Below are positions 18,319 to 28,104 of a stretch of DNA of 64,000 nucleotides, piece after piece. How positions within the stretch are numbered: position 1 is the stretch's first letter; each line of letters begins with the position of its first letter. The DNA lies in assembly GCA_963829545.1 (NCBI GenBank), contig CAWHIX010000008.1, forward strand, positions 127,324 to 191,323. The letters are read 5' to 3'. Both the position numbers and the translations under genes were made by a program. The notes below the pieces were generated by a model that saw only the letters and a list, made by a program, of their open reading frames with translations, searched no databases and was not told the origin of the DNA. This DNA is from an uncultured Actinomycetes bacterium (GTDB lineage: Bacteria; Actinomycetota; Thermoleophilia; RBG-16-64-13).

Positions 18319-20907
18319 GTGGAAAAGACGGTATTGAAGGCCCTGGGTCAGTGCTCTTTCACCCGGAACGGAGATCCGGCGTCCATCGACGTGAAGGACG
18401 GCAGGATACTGCGCATCCGGCCCCTCCACTTCGAGGACAAATACACCAAGAAAGAGCTCAAGCCGTGGAGACTCGAGAAGGACGGAAAGGTACTCGATCT
18501 CGCGCTCAAGAGCTACCTGGCCCCCTACATGCTCGGCTACAAGAAGCGCGTCTACTCGCCCAACCGGATCCTCTATCCCCTCATCAGAGAAGACTGGGAT
18601 CCAAACGGGGAGCGCAACGTCGAGAACCGGGGCAAGAGCAAGTACAGGCGCATCTCCTGGGACGAGGCGACCACCCTCATCGCCGGCGAGATCAAGCGGG
18701 TACGCGAGACCTACGGACCCTATGCCGTTCTCTGCCACGGTGACGGCCACGGCGAGACCAAGTGCGTGCACGGTCCCCATTCGTGCCAGATGCTGCTGAT
18801 GGAGAAGGTGGGCGGCTATACGCAGGCCGTGCGCAACGCCGACAGCTGGGAGGGCTGGTACTGGGGCGCCGAGCACGTGTGGGGAGAGGGCATCCAGGGT
18901 CACCCCATGCCGGCCGACAACCTGCTCAACGACATCACCCAGCACACGCAGATGCTGGTCGCCATCGGCTGCGACTTGGAGACCACGCCTTGGGGCTTCG
19001 GCGGCCAGTTCCCCAGCAACGTCTGCTACTTCTGGTCCGATCTGGGGATCAAGCAGATCTCCATCGCCCCCGACCTCAACTACTACGCCGGCGTCCACGC
19101 CGACAAGTGGATCCCCATCCTGCCCAACACCGACGCCGCCCTGCAACTCGCCATCGCCTACACCTGGATCAAGGAGGGCATCTACGACAAGGAGTACGTC
19201 GCCACCCACGTGGTCGGTTTCGAGACCTTCCGCGCGTACGTCATGGGCGAAGAAGACGGCGTGCCGAAGTCGCCGGAATGGGCGGCCGAGAAGACGGGCG
19301 TCTCCGAATGGACCATCAAGGCGCTGGCCCGCCAGTGGGCGGAACAGATCACCTCGACGCTGCACTACTACGGCGGCTCGTACATCCGCGGCCCCTTCGC
19401 GCACGAGCCGGCGCGGCTGGAGTGCGTCCTCATGGGCATGCAGGGACTGGGCAAGCCGGGTCGCCACGTCTACGCCAAGATGGGCGACGGACTGTCCCAG
19501 GGCGACCTACCCAGGCCGACCGTCGCGCTCCAGCTGGGCATCATCCGCAGCCAGGTGTGGAGCGGTCGTGCCCTGCTCGAACTCACGCCCCAGATCATCC
19601 CCAAGACCCAGCTTCACCAGGCCATCCTCGACGGTTCGGTGAGCTCCTGGGGGAGCACGTCGCTCTACGCGCACATCGAAGATCAGTTCAAGAAGTACAC
19701 CTACCCCATCCCCGAGGAAGAGGGCGGGAGCGAGGTGCACATGATGTGGATGGACAACCCCTGCCGGACCACCTGCTGGAACAACAGCATGGAGTCCATC
19801 CAGGCCTACCGCAGCCCCAAGCTGGAGTGCATCGTCGTGCAGCACCCCTGGCTGGAGAACGACACCGTCTTCGCCGACATCATCCTGCCCATCAACACCA
19901 AGTTCGAAGAGGAAGACTTCGCCCAGATCTCGAGCGCGTCCCCGCTCAAGGGCATTGCCTACGAGAAGAAGGCCATCGAGCCTCTCGGCGAATCGCTGAG
20001 CGACTACGAGGCCGTCGGTGAGGTGGCCAAGAAGATGGGTCTCTACGAGGAGTACACCTCCGGCATGACCGTGCCTGAGAAGATCAAGTGGGCCTACGAG
20101 GTGTGCGGACTCAAGGACAACCTCACCTGGGAGGAGTTCCAGGACAAGGAGTACTACTACATACCCACCGAGGACGACTGGGAGAAGTACCCGGCCGGCA
20201 TGCGGCTCTTCTACGAGGATCCCGAGGCCAATCCGCTGATCACTCCCAGCGGCAAGCTCGAGTTCTACTCGCAGCGTCTGGCCGACCACTTCCCCGACGA
20301 CGAGGAACGTCCTCCCTATCCCAAGTGGATCGAGAAGGGGCCCAGCCACGACGAGCGCCTGTCCAGCGAGAGGGCTGAGAAGTACCCCTTCCTCTTGGTC
20401 AGCAACCACGCCCGCTGGAGGACCCACGCCGAGAACGACGACATCACCTGGCAGAGGGAGATCCGCACCTGCAAGATCAGGGGTTACGACGGCTACCAGT
20501 ACGAACCGGTCTGGATCCATCCGGAAGACGCGGCCTCCAGAGGTATCAAGGACGGGGATCTCGTCAAGCTCTTGAACGAGCGGGGCACGGTGTTGGGTGC
20601 CGCTCTGGTGTGGGAACGCATCATGCCCGGCGTGGTCTACCAGGACCACGGGGCTCGGGCGGATCTCATCAGCACCGAGGCCGGCAAGTCCATCGATCGG
20701 GGTGGGGCCAACAACCTCATCTCCCCGGCCAACGGCACCTCCCAGAACTGCTGGGGCATGGCCACGAGCGGCTTCCTGGTAGACGTGCAGAAGGTCAGCA
20801 TGGCCGAGATGGAGGAGTGGCGTCAGAAGTATCCCGATGCCTTCACGCGGGAGTACTCGCCGGCCGCGGGTCTGCGCTTCACGAGCTGGATCAAGGGAGA
20901 GGAGTAG
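18319..20907 (+). CDS. Pyrogallol-phloroglucinol transhydroxylase-like molybdoenzyme large subunit, module 2 (intact).
   Basis: 862 aa, paralogous to 14564..17173 (ELKPWRLEKDGK, YRRISWDEATTLIAGEIKRVRETYG, DSWEGWYWG). Confidence 0.85.
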   Translation: MEKTVLKALGQCSFTRNGDPASIDVKDGRILRIRPLHFEDKYTKKELKPWRLEKDGKVLDLALKSYLAPYMLGYKKRVYSPNRILYPLIREDWDPNGERNVENRGKSKYRRISWDEATTLIAGEIKRVRETYGPYAVLCHGDGHGETKCVHGPHSCQMLLMEKVGGYTQAVRNADSWEGWYWGAEHVWGEGIQGHPMPADNLLNDITQHTQMLVAIGCDLETTPWGFGGQFPSNVCYFWSDLGIKQISIAPDLNYYAGVHADKWIPILPNTDAALQLAIAYTWIKEGIYDKEYVATHVVGFETFRAYVMGEEDGVPKSPEWAAEKTGVSEWTIKALARQWAEQITSTLHYYGGSYIRGPFAHEPARLECVLMGMQGLGKPGRHVYAKMGDGLSQGDLPRPTVALQLGIIRSQVWSGRALLELTPQIIPKTQLHQAILDGSVSSWGSTSLYAHIEDQFKKYTYPIPEEEGGSEVHMMWMDNPCRTTCWNNSMESIQAYRSPKLECIVVQHPWLENDTVFADIILPINTKFEEEDFAQISSASPLKGIAYEKKAIEPLGESLSDYEAVGEVAKKMGLYEEYTSGMTVPEKIKWAYEVCGLKDNLTWEEFQDKEYYYIPTEDDWEKYPAGMRLFYEDPEANPLITPSGKLEFYSQRLADHFPDDEERPPYPKWIEKGPSHDERLSSERAEKYPFLLVSNHARWRTHAENDDITWQREIRTCKIRGYDGYQYEPVWIHPEDAASRGIKDGDLVKLLNERGTVLGAALVWERIMPGVVYQDHGARADLISTEAGKSIDRGGANNLISPANGTSQNCWGMATSGFLVDVQKVSMAEMEEWRQKYPDAFTREYSPAAGLRFTSWIKGEE

Positions 20908-20909
20908 CC

Positions 20910-21737
20910 GTGGCCGGGAAGGTGTTTGTCATCGATATAGCCCGCTGCAACGGTTGCTACTGCTGCCAGCTTTCCTGCAAAGACGAGCACGTGGGCAACG
21001 ACTGGACGCCCTATGCCAAGCCGCAGCCCGACACCGGGCAGTTTTGGCTCAAGCTGAACGAGTTCGTGCGGGGCACGGTACCCAAGGTGAAGCTCCACTA
21101 TATGGGCGTGCCCTGCCAGCACTGCGACCAGGCTCCCTGCCTGGAGTCCTGCCCTGTCGAGGGCGCCATCTACAAGCGCGACGACGGCCTGGTCATCATC
21201 GACCCGCAGAAATGTACCGGCTGCAGAGAGTGCCTGCTCTCCTGCCCGTACGACGCCCTGTTCTTCAACGACGACCTGAACATCGCCCAGAAGTGCACCG
21301 GTTGCGCCCATCTGCTCGACAAGGACTGGAAGGTCCCCCGCTGCGTGGATTCCTGCCCGACAGGGGCGATGAAGTTCGGGGACGAAGCGGAGTTCGCCGA
21401 AGAGATCGCCAGAGCCACTCTGCTCGGGCCCGCCGGCGAGACCAAGCCTCGCGTCTACTACCTCAACGTCCCCAAGCGCTTCGTCGGAGGGCTCGTGTAC
21501 GACCCGGTGGAGAAGGAGATCGTGCGGGGGGCCCGCTGCACTCTGGTGGACGCGGAGACCGGCGAGCAGCGGATCGTGGAGACCGATGGCTTCGGCGACT
21601 TCTGGTTCAAGGATCTGGAGGAGAGGACGTACTCGCTCACTATCGAAGCGGAGGGCTTCGCTCCCGTGCAGTACCCGTCGCTGGACACCAGCGACGACAT
21701 CAACCTGGGTGAGATCGCCCTCAGCCGCCCGACATGA
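20910..21737 (+). CDS. Transhydroxylase-like small ferredoxin-type subunit, module 2 (intact).
   Basis: GTG start 3 nt after the stop of the large subunit. VFVIDIARCNGCYCCQLSCKDEH and further CxxCxxC(x)3CP motifs. C-terminal beta-sandwich region (GDFWFKDL...DINLGEIAL). Confidence 0.85.
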   Translation: MAGKVFVIDIARCNGCYCCQLSCKDEHVGNDWTPYAKPQPDTGQFWLKLNEFVRGTVPKVKLHYMGVPCQHCDQAPCLESCPVEGAIYKRDDGLVIIDPQKCTGCRECLLSCPYDALFFNDDLNIAQKCTGCAHLLDKDWKVPRCVDSCPTGAMKFGDEAEFAEEIARATLLGPAGETKPRVYYLNVPKRFVGGLVYDPVEKEIVRGARCTLVDAETGEQRIVETDGFGDFWFKDLEERTYSLTIEAEGFAPVQYPSLDTSDDINLGEIALSRPT

Positions 21738-21954
21738 ACGGGATGACCATCACGTGGTCGCCGTCCTGCAGACGATGGTGAAGCCGGACGTAGACCCCGT
21801 TGACGAGGATCGCTTCGGTGTCGCCGGGAACGTGGAGGATCTCGAGCAGATCGTCCAGGGTCATGCCGTCTACGAGCGGCACGCAAACAGTCGGACGACC
21901 CTCCCTGGCCGGGAAGGTCTCCACGGTGACCGTGCTCTGTCTTTCGGCGTTCAT
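21721..21954 (-). CDS. MoaD/ThiS-family beta-grasp sulfur-carrier-like protein (about 77 aa) on the opposite strand.
   Basis: Ends ...LQDGDHVMVIPFMSGG (canonical C-terminal Gly-Gly). It overlaps the 3' end of the preceding small-subunit gene by 17 nt. The longer ORF (93 aa, start 22002) is the alternative. Confidence 0.6.
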   Translation of the reverse strand: MNAERQSTVTVETFPAREGRPTVCVPLVDGMTLDDLLEILHVPGDTEAILVNGVYVRLHHRLQDGDHVMVIPFMSGG

Positions 21955-22025
21955 GCCTGCCAGTTTACTCGCTGTGGGCCGTGCATGTGGCAAAGAGTCC
22001 ACGTCTAGTGGAGGGTTAGACTAAC

Positions 22026-24311
22026 ATGGGCGTCGAAGAGAAGAAGATCGTCTGCTGGGCGTCGCCGGGCTGCATCCATCAGTGCGGACTCATCGCCACC
22101 GTGAAGGACGGCGAACTGGTCGGCCTACGGGGCAACCCGGACTATCCCACCCCCAATCACGGCTGCGGCGACCGCATGCCTCACCACGCCAAGTGGCTGT
22201 ATAGCTCGGAGCAGCTTCTCTATCCGCTGAAGAGAAAGGGCGAGAGGGGCGAGAACCAATGGGAACGCGTCTCCTGGGATCAGGCCCTGGATGAGATAGC
22301 GACTAAGCTCGTCGACCTCAAGCAGGAGTACGGCGCCGAGACCCTCGCCGTCCAGGAGGGGACCTATCGCAACGATCACTACGGCCTGCGCGCCCGCTTC
22401 CTGCATCTCTTCGAAAACCCCATGAACATCGGCTGCGCCGGCACCATCTGCCGCTGCAACACTATCGCCCTCAACTACGCGCTCCTGGGCATGACCAACT
22501 CCAGACCGAAGCTGCCCAACCTCAAGTGTCTGGTCATCGAGGGCTGCAACCTCAGCGACACGGCCCCGCTCGATTTCCAGCGGCTCAAGAAACGCATGGC
22601 GGAAGGCGACCTCAAGCTCATCGTCATCGATCCCCGGCGCACCGAGGCGGGCAGGCTCGCCGACATCTGGGTGCAGTTGCGTCCGGGCACCGACACGGCT
22701 CTCTTCATGGCCTGGATCAATGTGATCATCGAGGAGGGTCTGTACGACAGGTCTTTCGTCGAGCAGTGGACCTTCGGCTTCGACGAGTTGCGCGCCCGGG
22801 CCGCCGAGTACACCCCCGAGAGGGTCGCGGAGATCACCTGGGTCTCCGCGGATGTCATCCGGGAATCGGCGCGCATGTACGCTACCAATTGGCCGGCGGG
22901 CTTCCACTGGGGAAGCGCCACCGACATGCTGGGGCGCAACTCCATCAGGGTCGAGCAGGCAAGGATCTGCCTGCGGGCCATCACGGGCAACCTGGCCATC
23001 GGCGGCGGGGAGGTGATCGTCGGGCCCGGGCCCATCATCGGCGGCACCATCGGCGTGCGCGATTCCATGCTCGCCCTGCCCGAGAAGGTCAGCCCCGAGC
23101 AGCGGAAGAAACAGCTCGGCGCCGATAGGTTCAAGCTTCTCGGGTGGCCGGGCTACGAGGCCATGGGCAAGTATCACGAGGAGACCTACGGCGTGCCCTT
23201 CCCCACGGCGGCCCACAACTTCGTGGCGGTGCAGCCTCTCATCTGGAAGGCGGTCCTCGAGGAAGACCCCTATCCGGTGAAGGCCATGATCACCTGGGGC
23301 AGCAACGTGCTCCTCAACGGGGGAGACGTCAAGACCATCTACAAGGCGCTCAAGAGTCCCAACCTGGAGTTGCACGTGGTGCTGGAGCACTTCATGACGC
23401 CCACGGCACTCCTGGCCGATTACGTGCTTCCCATAGCGAGCAAGCTCGAAAAGCCCATGTGCGCCACCCACGAGGACTTCGCACCCAACATCGCCTGCGG
23501 CGAGGCGGCGGTGGAGCCGCGGGGCGAGCGCCGCGGCGACTTCTTCGTGTGGAAGGGGCTTGCCGACCGCCTGGGCTTCGGCGAGTACTTTCCCTGGGCG
23601 ACGGAGGAGGAGTTGGCCGACTATCGCCTGGCTCCTCTGGGCCGGACTTTCAAGGAAGTCGCCACCCAGGAGTACTTCGTGCGTAGCGACGAGCCCTGGA
23701 CCTACGACACCATCAACCCCAGGACGGGCAAGCGGACCGGGTTCGCCACTCCGTCGGGCAAGGTGGAACTCTACTCCAACGTGCTGGAGCAGCTGGGCTA
23801 CGACCCCCTGCCCTTCTACGAGGAACCCCCGGAGAGCCCCATCAGCACCCCGGAGGTGGCCGTGGAGTACCCGTACATACTCATCACGGGCGGCAACTTC
23901 CGGCCCATGTTCCACTCCGAGAACCGGCAACTGGGTGTCGGCACCCGCGAGCAGTACCCCGACCCCATCATGGACATCCACCCGGACACCGCCCGAGAGC
24001 ACGGCATCGAGGAGGGCGACTGGGTGTTCGTCGAGACCCGCAAAGGCGTGATCCGGCAGCGGGCCAAGCTCACGGACGAGATCGACCCACGGGTGGTCAA
24101 CGTGCAGAGCCACTGGTGGTTCCCGGAGCAGCCGGCTCGAGAGCCGTGGCTGCATGGTCTTTGGGAGTCGAACTGCAACGTGCTCACTGCCGCGGACGAC
24201 CCGGATACCTTCGACCCGGTGACCGGCGGTTGGCCGCTGCGTGCGCTCCTGTGCAAGGTCTACAAGGCGGAGACCGTCGGTGGGCGGACTCCATCGCCCC
24301 GAAGTACGTGA
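22026..24311 (+). CDS. Cytoplasmic molybdo/tungstopterin oxidoreductase of the DMSO-reductase superfamily, acetylene-hydratase-like clade (tentative).
   Basis: 761 aa. N-terminal Cys motif VCWASPGCIHQCG...HGCGD ([4Fe-4S]) and no Tat signal. Blocks YPLKRKGERGENQWERVSWDQALDEIA, LKSPNLELHVVLEHFMTPTALLADYVLP and the C-terminus PLRALLCKVYKAE resemble what I remember of acetylene hydratase. Confidence 0.8.
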   Translation: MGVEEKKIVCWASPGCIHQCGLIATVKDGELVGLRGNPDYPTPNHGCGDRMPHHAKWLYSSEQLLYPLKRKGERGENQWERVSWDQALDEIATKLVDLKQEYGAETLAVQEGTYRNDHYGLRARFLHLFENPMNIGCAGTICRCNTIALNYALLGMTNSRPKLPNLKCLVIEGCNLSDTAPLDFQRLKKRMAEGDLKLIVIDPRRTEAGRLADIWVQLRPGTDTALFMAWINVIIEEGLYDRSFVEQWTFGFDELRARAAEYTPERVAEITWVSADVIRESARMYATNWPAGFHWGSATDMLGRNSIRVEQARICLRAITGNLAIGGGEVIVGPGPIIGGTIGVRDSMLALPEKVSPEQRKKQLGADRFKLLGWPGYEAMGKYHEETYGVPFPTAAHNFVAVQPLIWKAVLEEDPYPVKAMITWGSNVLLNGGDVKTIYKALKSPNLELHVVLEHFMTPTALLADYVLPIASKLEKPMCATHEDFAPNIACGEAAVEPRGERRGDFFVWKGLADRLGFGEYFPWATEEELADYRLAPLGRTFKEVATQEYFVRSDEPWTYDTINPRTGKRTGFATPSGKVELYSNVLEQLGYDPLPFYEEPPESPISTPEVAVEYPYILITGGNFRPMFHSENRQLGVGTREQYPDPIMDIHPDTAREHGIEEGDWVFVETRKGVIRQRAKLTDEIDPRVVNVQSHWWFPEQPAREPWLHGLWESNCNVLTAADDPDTFDPVTGGWPLRALLCKVYKAETVGGRTPSPRST

Positions 24312-24352
24312 AGCGTTCTGGGGGCGAGAGCGCCGCAGAGAAGGAGAGGCTC

Positions 24353-27257
24353 ATGTCGAGTGACGGACTTCGTGGCATCGAGCCGGCGGGTGGTCGGGGA
24401 GAGCAGTCGTTCGTTCACCACCCGCTTATCCCGTACGACCCGAATGTCGCCCTGTATTTCGCCGCCGGCCCCGTGCTGCTCCCCTTCGAGTACACCGGGT
24501 GGCAGGACGAAGTGATGTCGTACAAGCAGTCCTGTTACATCAGAGGTTCTGGCCATGAGCGTGAAGGACCGAGGCTCGACATCGGGGCCGAGCGGCAGGT
24601 CATCCGCGGAACCGGTCTACTCGGGCCCGGAGACTCGGGACCGCCGGCCCTCGTGCACGTCAAGGAAGACAGGATCACGAGGATCAGGCCCCTGAACTAC
24701 GAGCTCGAGTACGACAAGAAGGACTTCAATCTCTGGAAGATGGAGGCGAGGGGAAAGACCTTCGCACCTCCCCTGCGTGCAGTCCTAGGTCCCATCGGTC
24801 AGGCCTACAAGAAGCGCGTGTACTCCAAGAACCGAGTGCGTTATCCGCTCAAGCGGGTGGACTGGGACCCCGAGGGCGCTTCGGGGTCCGACGGTCCCGG
24901 CGGGCGCAACACCCAGAACCGGGGGCGGAGCAAGTACGTGCGCATCGGCTGGGACGAGGCCGCCGAGTTGGTGGCGGCGGAACTGAAGAGGATGAAGGAG
25001 ACCTACGGTCCCGAGGCCGTGCTCTCCCAGTCCGACATGCATGGCGAGACGAAGCACCTCAGTCCCAGCCATGGCTGTGCCAACCGCCTCCTCTCCCTGT
25101 TGGGTGGCTACACCGTCCAGATGCGCAACCTGGACAGCTGGGAAGGGCAGAACTGGGGCGCCAAGCACGTGTGGGGTTGCGAGCCGGTAGGGGAGATGGG
25201 GCCGACGGCCAACCTCTACCCCGACATCGCCGAGCACGGGGAACTGCTCCTCTTCTGGGGTTGCGACCCGGAGACCACCGCCCATCCCATCCAGGGCATG
25301 CTGGCCAGCCGGCTCTGCTACTGGCTCTCGGACGTCGGTCTGAAGTCCGTCTACGTCTGTCCCGACCTCAACTACGGCGCCGCCGTGCATGCGGATAAGT
25401 GGATCCCCGTCCTGCCCAACACCGATGCCGCGCTGCAGCTGGCCATCGCTTACGTGTGGATCACCGAAGGCACCTACGACAAGGACGTACATCGCCACCC
25501 ATTCCTACGGCTTCGACAAGTTCGAGGACTACGTCCTGGGCAAAGAGGACGGCGTGCCCAAGACGCCGGCGTGGGCGTCTGAGAAATGCGGCGTACCGGA
25601 CTTCACCATCAAGGCGCTCGCTCGCGACTGGGCCGATAAGATCACCAGCCTCATCCACGGCAATGCCGGCCCGGGCATAAGAGGCCCTTACTCCACTGAG
25701 CCGGCCCGCCTGGAGGCCATGCTCCTGGGCATGAGCGGACTGGGCAAGCCCGGCGTCCACCAGGCCAAGATGATCGAGTGGTTCCTGTGGCACAAGTGGC
25801 TGCCCTTGCCGTATCAGGGCAAAGTCACGCCCGCCCTGCCCCTGTTCGCCGAGCAGGTGCGCCCGGCAGGAGCAATGACCTTCAAGGACGGCATGATGGG
25901 CACCTACGCGGGTACTCACCCCGAAATGCGGGCCCTGACCGCACCCGCGGCCAATCCGCCTCTCCAAGTCATCCCCAAGTGCCTCATCCACGACGCCATC
26001 CTCGACCCGCCCATCAGCTGGTGGGGCCTGCACGGTTTTCTCGAACCGGTCGCGGAGCAGTTCAAGGAGCACACCTATCCGGCTCCGGGATGCTCGGAGG
26101 TGCACATGATCTGGACCGACTCCCCCTGCTGGATCACCTGCTGGAACGACTCCAACAGCTACATCAAGGCTCTCCAGTCGCCCTCCGTCGAGTGCATCGT
26201 GGCCCAGCATCCCTGGCTGGAGAACGACTGCCTCATGGCGGACATCATCCTGCCGGTAGGGACCCGCTACGAGATGCTCGACATCGGTGAGGACGTGGGT
26301 AGCGGTGTCGTCATGTCCATCTATCTGCAGGATCACTGCGTGAACCCAGTGGGGGAATCGCTGTCCGACTTCGACGTGGTGGCGAAGATCGCCGAGAAGC
26401 TGGGTCTGCTGGAGGATTACACACAGGGCAAGACCATGGAGGAGAAGCAGAGACTGGCCTTCGACGGCTCCGGCGTGGAAGACCTCATCTCCTGGGAGGA
26501 TCTAAGGAGAAGCAATACTTCGTCATCCCCTGCAGCGACGACGTGAAGGACCAGCCGCCCGGCCTGCGCGATTTCGCCGACGACCCGGCAAGGCCAGCCC
26601 TCTGAGCACCCCCACCGGTCTGCTGGAGTACTCGTCGAGCGCTCTGGAGGAGCACTTCCCCGACGACCCGGAGCGGCCGCCGGTGGCGCACTGGATCGAG
26701 AAGGGCGAGAGTCACGACGAGCGGCGCAGCAGCGAGCGGGCTGCGGAGTATCCGCTGCTCTGCATGTCGAACCACCCTCGCTGGCGCATGCACGCCCAGG
26801 GCGACGACATCACCTGGACCCGCGAAATACCGACGATGAAGATCACGGGAGCGGACGGTTATCAGTACGAGCCGGTGTGGCTCAACACCGCCGAGGCGGA
26901 GCTGCGGGGCATCGCTCAGGGCGATATCGTCAAGATCTACAACGAACGGGGCATCGTCCTGGGCGGCGCCTTCGTCACCGAACGGCTCATGCCCGGCGTG
27001 GCCTACATGGACCACGGAGCCAGGTGGGACCCCATCATCCCCGGCAAGCTGGACCGGGGGGAGCCATCAACACCATCACGCCGCACAAGGTCACCTCCAA
27101 GAGGGCGACCGGCATGGTGGTGAGCGGGTTCCTGGTCGAGGTGGCCAAGGTGAGCGACGAGGAGATGGCCGGCTGGCGCCGGGACTACCCGGAGGCCTTC
27201 GACAGAGACTACGACGCTCGTGACGGGCGTGTCCCTGTCCGGCTGGCTTCAGGAATA
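24353..27257 (+). pseudogene. Transhydroxylase-like large subunit, module 3. It has an unusual N-terminal extension of about 75 aa and at least 4 apparent frameshifts.
   Basis: Ribosome-binding site AAGGAGAGG before the ATG. After the extension the protein aligns with modules 1 and 2 (LDIGAERQVIRGTG.., WKMEARGKTF, VRIGWDEAAELVAAELKRMKETYG). The frame breaks at about 25490, about 26510, about 27060 and about 27200. The true end is probably ..SGWLQE* at 27257. Confidence 0.7.
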
Positions 27258-27267
27258 AGGAGGAGAG

Positions 27268-28084
27268 ATGGCCAAGAGCATTCGTCATAGACGTGGGACG
27301 CTGCTGCGGCTGCTACAACTGCCAGCTCGCCTGCAAGGACGAGCACGTCGACAACGACTGGACTCCCTACGCCAAGCCGCAGCCGGACACGGGGCAGTTC
27401 TGGCTGAAGATAGAAGAGAACGTGTGCGGCACCGTCCCCAAGGTGCGGATGCATTACATCCCCCGGCTCTGCAACCACTGCGCGAACGCACCCTGCATCG
27501 ACTCGTGCCGGGATGCTGCTATCACGCGGCGCGATGACGGGCTGGTGATCATCGAACCGGAGAAGTGCACGGGGTGTGAGGCCTGCGTGACGGCTTGCCC
27601 GTACGAAGCCATCTATTTCAACGACGAACTCGCCCTCGCGCAGAAGTGCACAGGCTGCGCGCATTTGCTGGACAACGGCTTCAAACTGCCCCGTTGTGTC
27701 GAATCCTGCCCCACGGATGCTATACGCTTTGGCGAGGAAGAAGACCTGCAGGAGCTCATCGCCGGTGCCGTCGTCCTCAAGCCGGAGACGGGCAGCCGGC
27801 CGCGCGTCTACTACCGGAACATACCCGGCAAGTTCATCAGCGGCACGGTGTTCGACCCGGTCGAGCGGGAGGTCGTCATCGGAGGGCGCTGCCTGCTGAC
27901 CTCGGGTGGCAAGGTGGTCGAGACCTTCACCGATGCCTACGGCGACTTCTGGTTCAACGACCTGGCGGTGGGCAGGTACGACGTGAGTATCGAGGCCGAC
28001 GGGTTCACGCCCAGGTACTTCTCCGCTCTCGATACCGCCAAGGACGTCAACCTGGGCGAGATACCGCTCACTCGGAAATCCTGA
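27268..28084 (+). CDS. Transhydroxylase-like small ferredoxin-type subunit, module 3 (frameshift right after the start codon, or GTG start at 27293).
   Basis: Ribosome-binding site AAGGAGGAGAG then ATG. MAKS.. is followed in the +1 frame by AFVIDVGRCCGCYNCQLACKDEH... The rest of the gene is intact (263 aa ORF from 27293) with four Cys clusters and C-terminal GDFWFNDL..DVNLGEIPL. Confidence 0.75.
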
Positions 28085-28104
28085 GGGGCTGGGGAGCAGC
28101 TCAC

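Noticed and set aside
24116-24352. In-frame upstream extension of large subunit 3 (ORF starts 24116)
   Set aside because: It overlaps the end of the 22026..24311 gene and has junk composition. A good ribosome-binding site (AAGGAGAGG) precedes the ATG at 24353.
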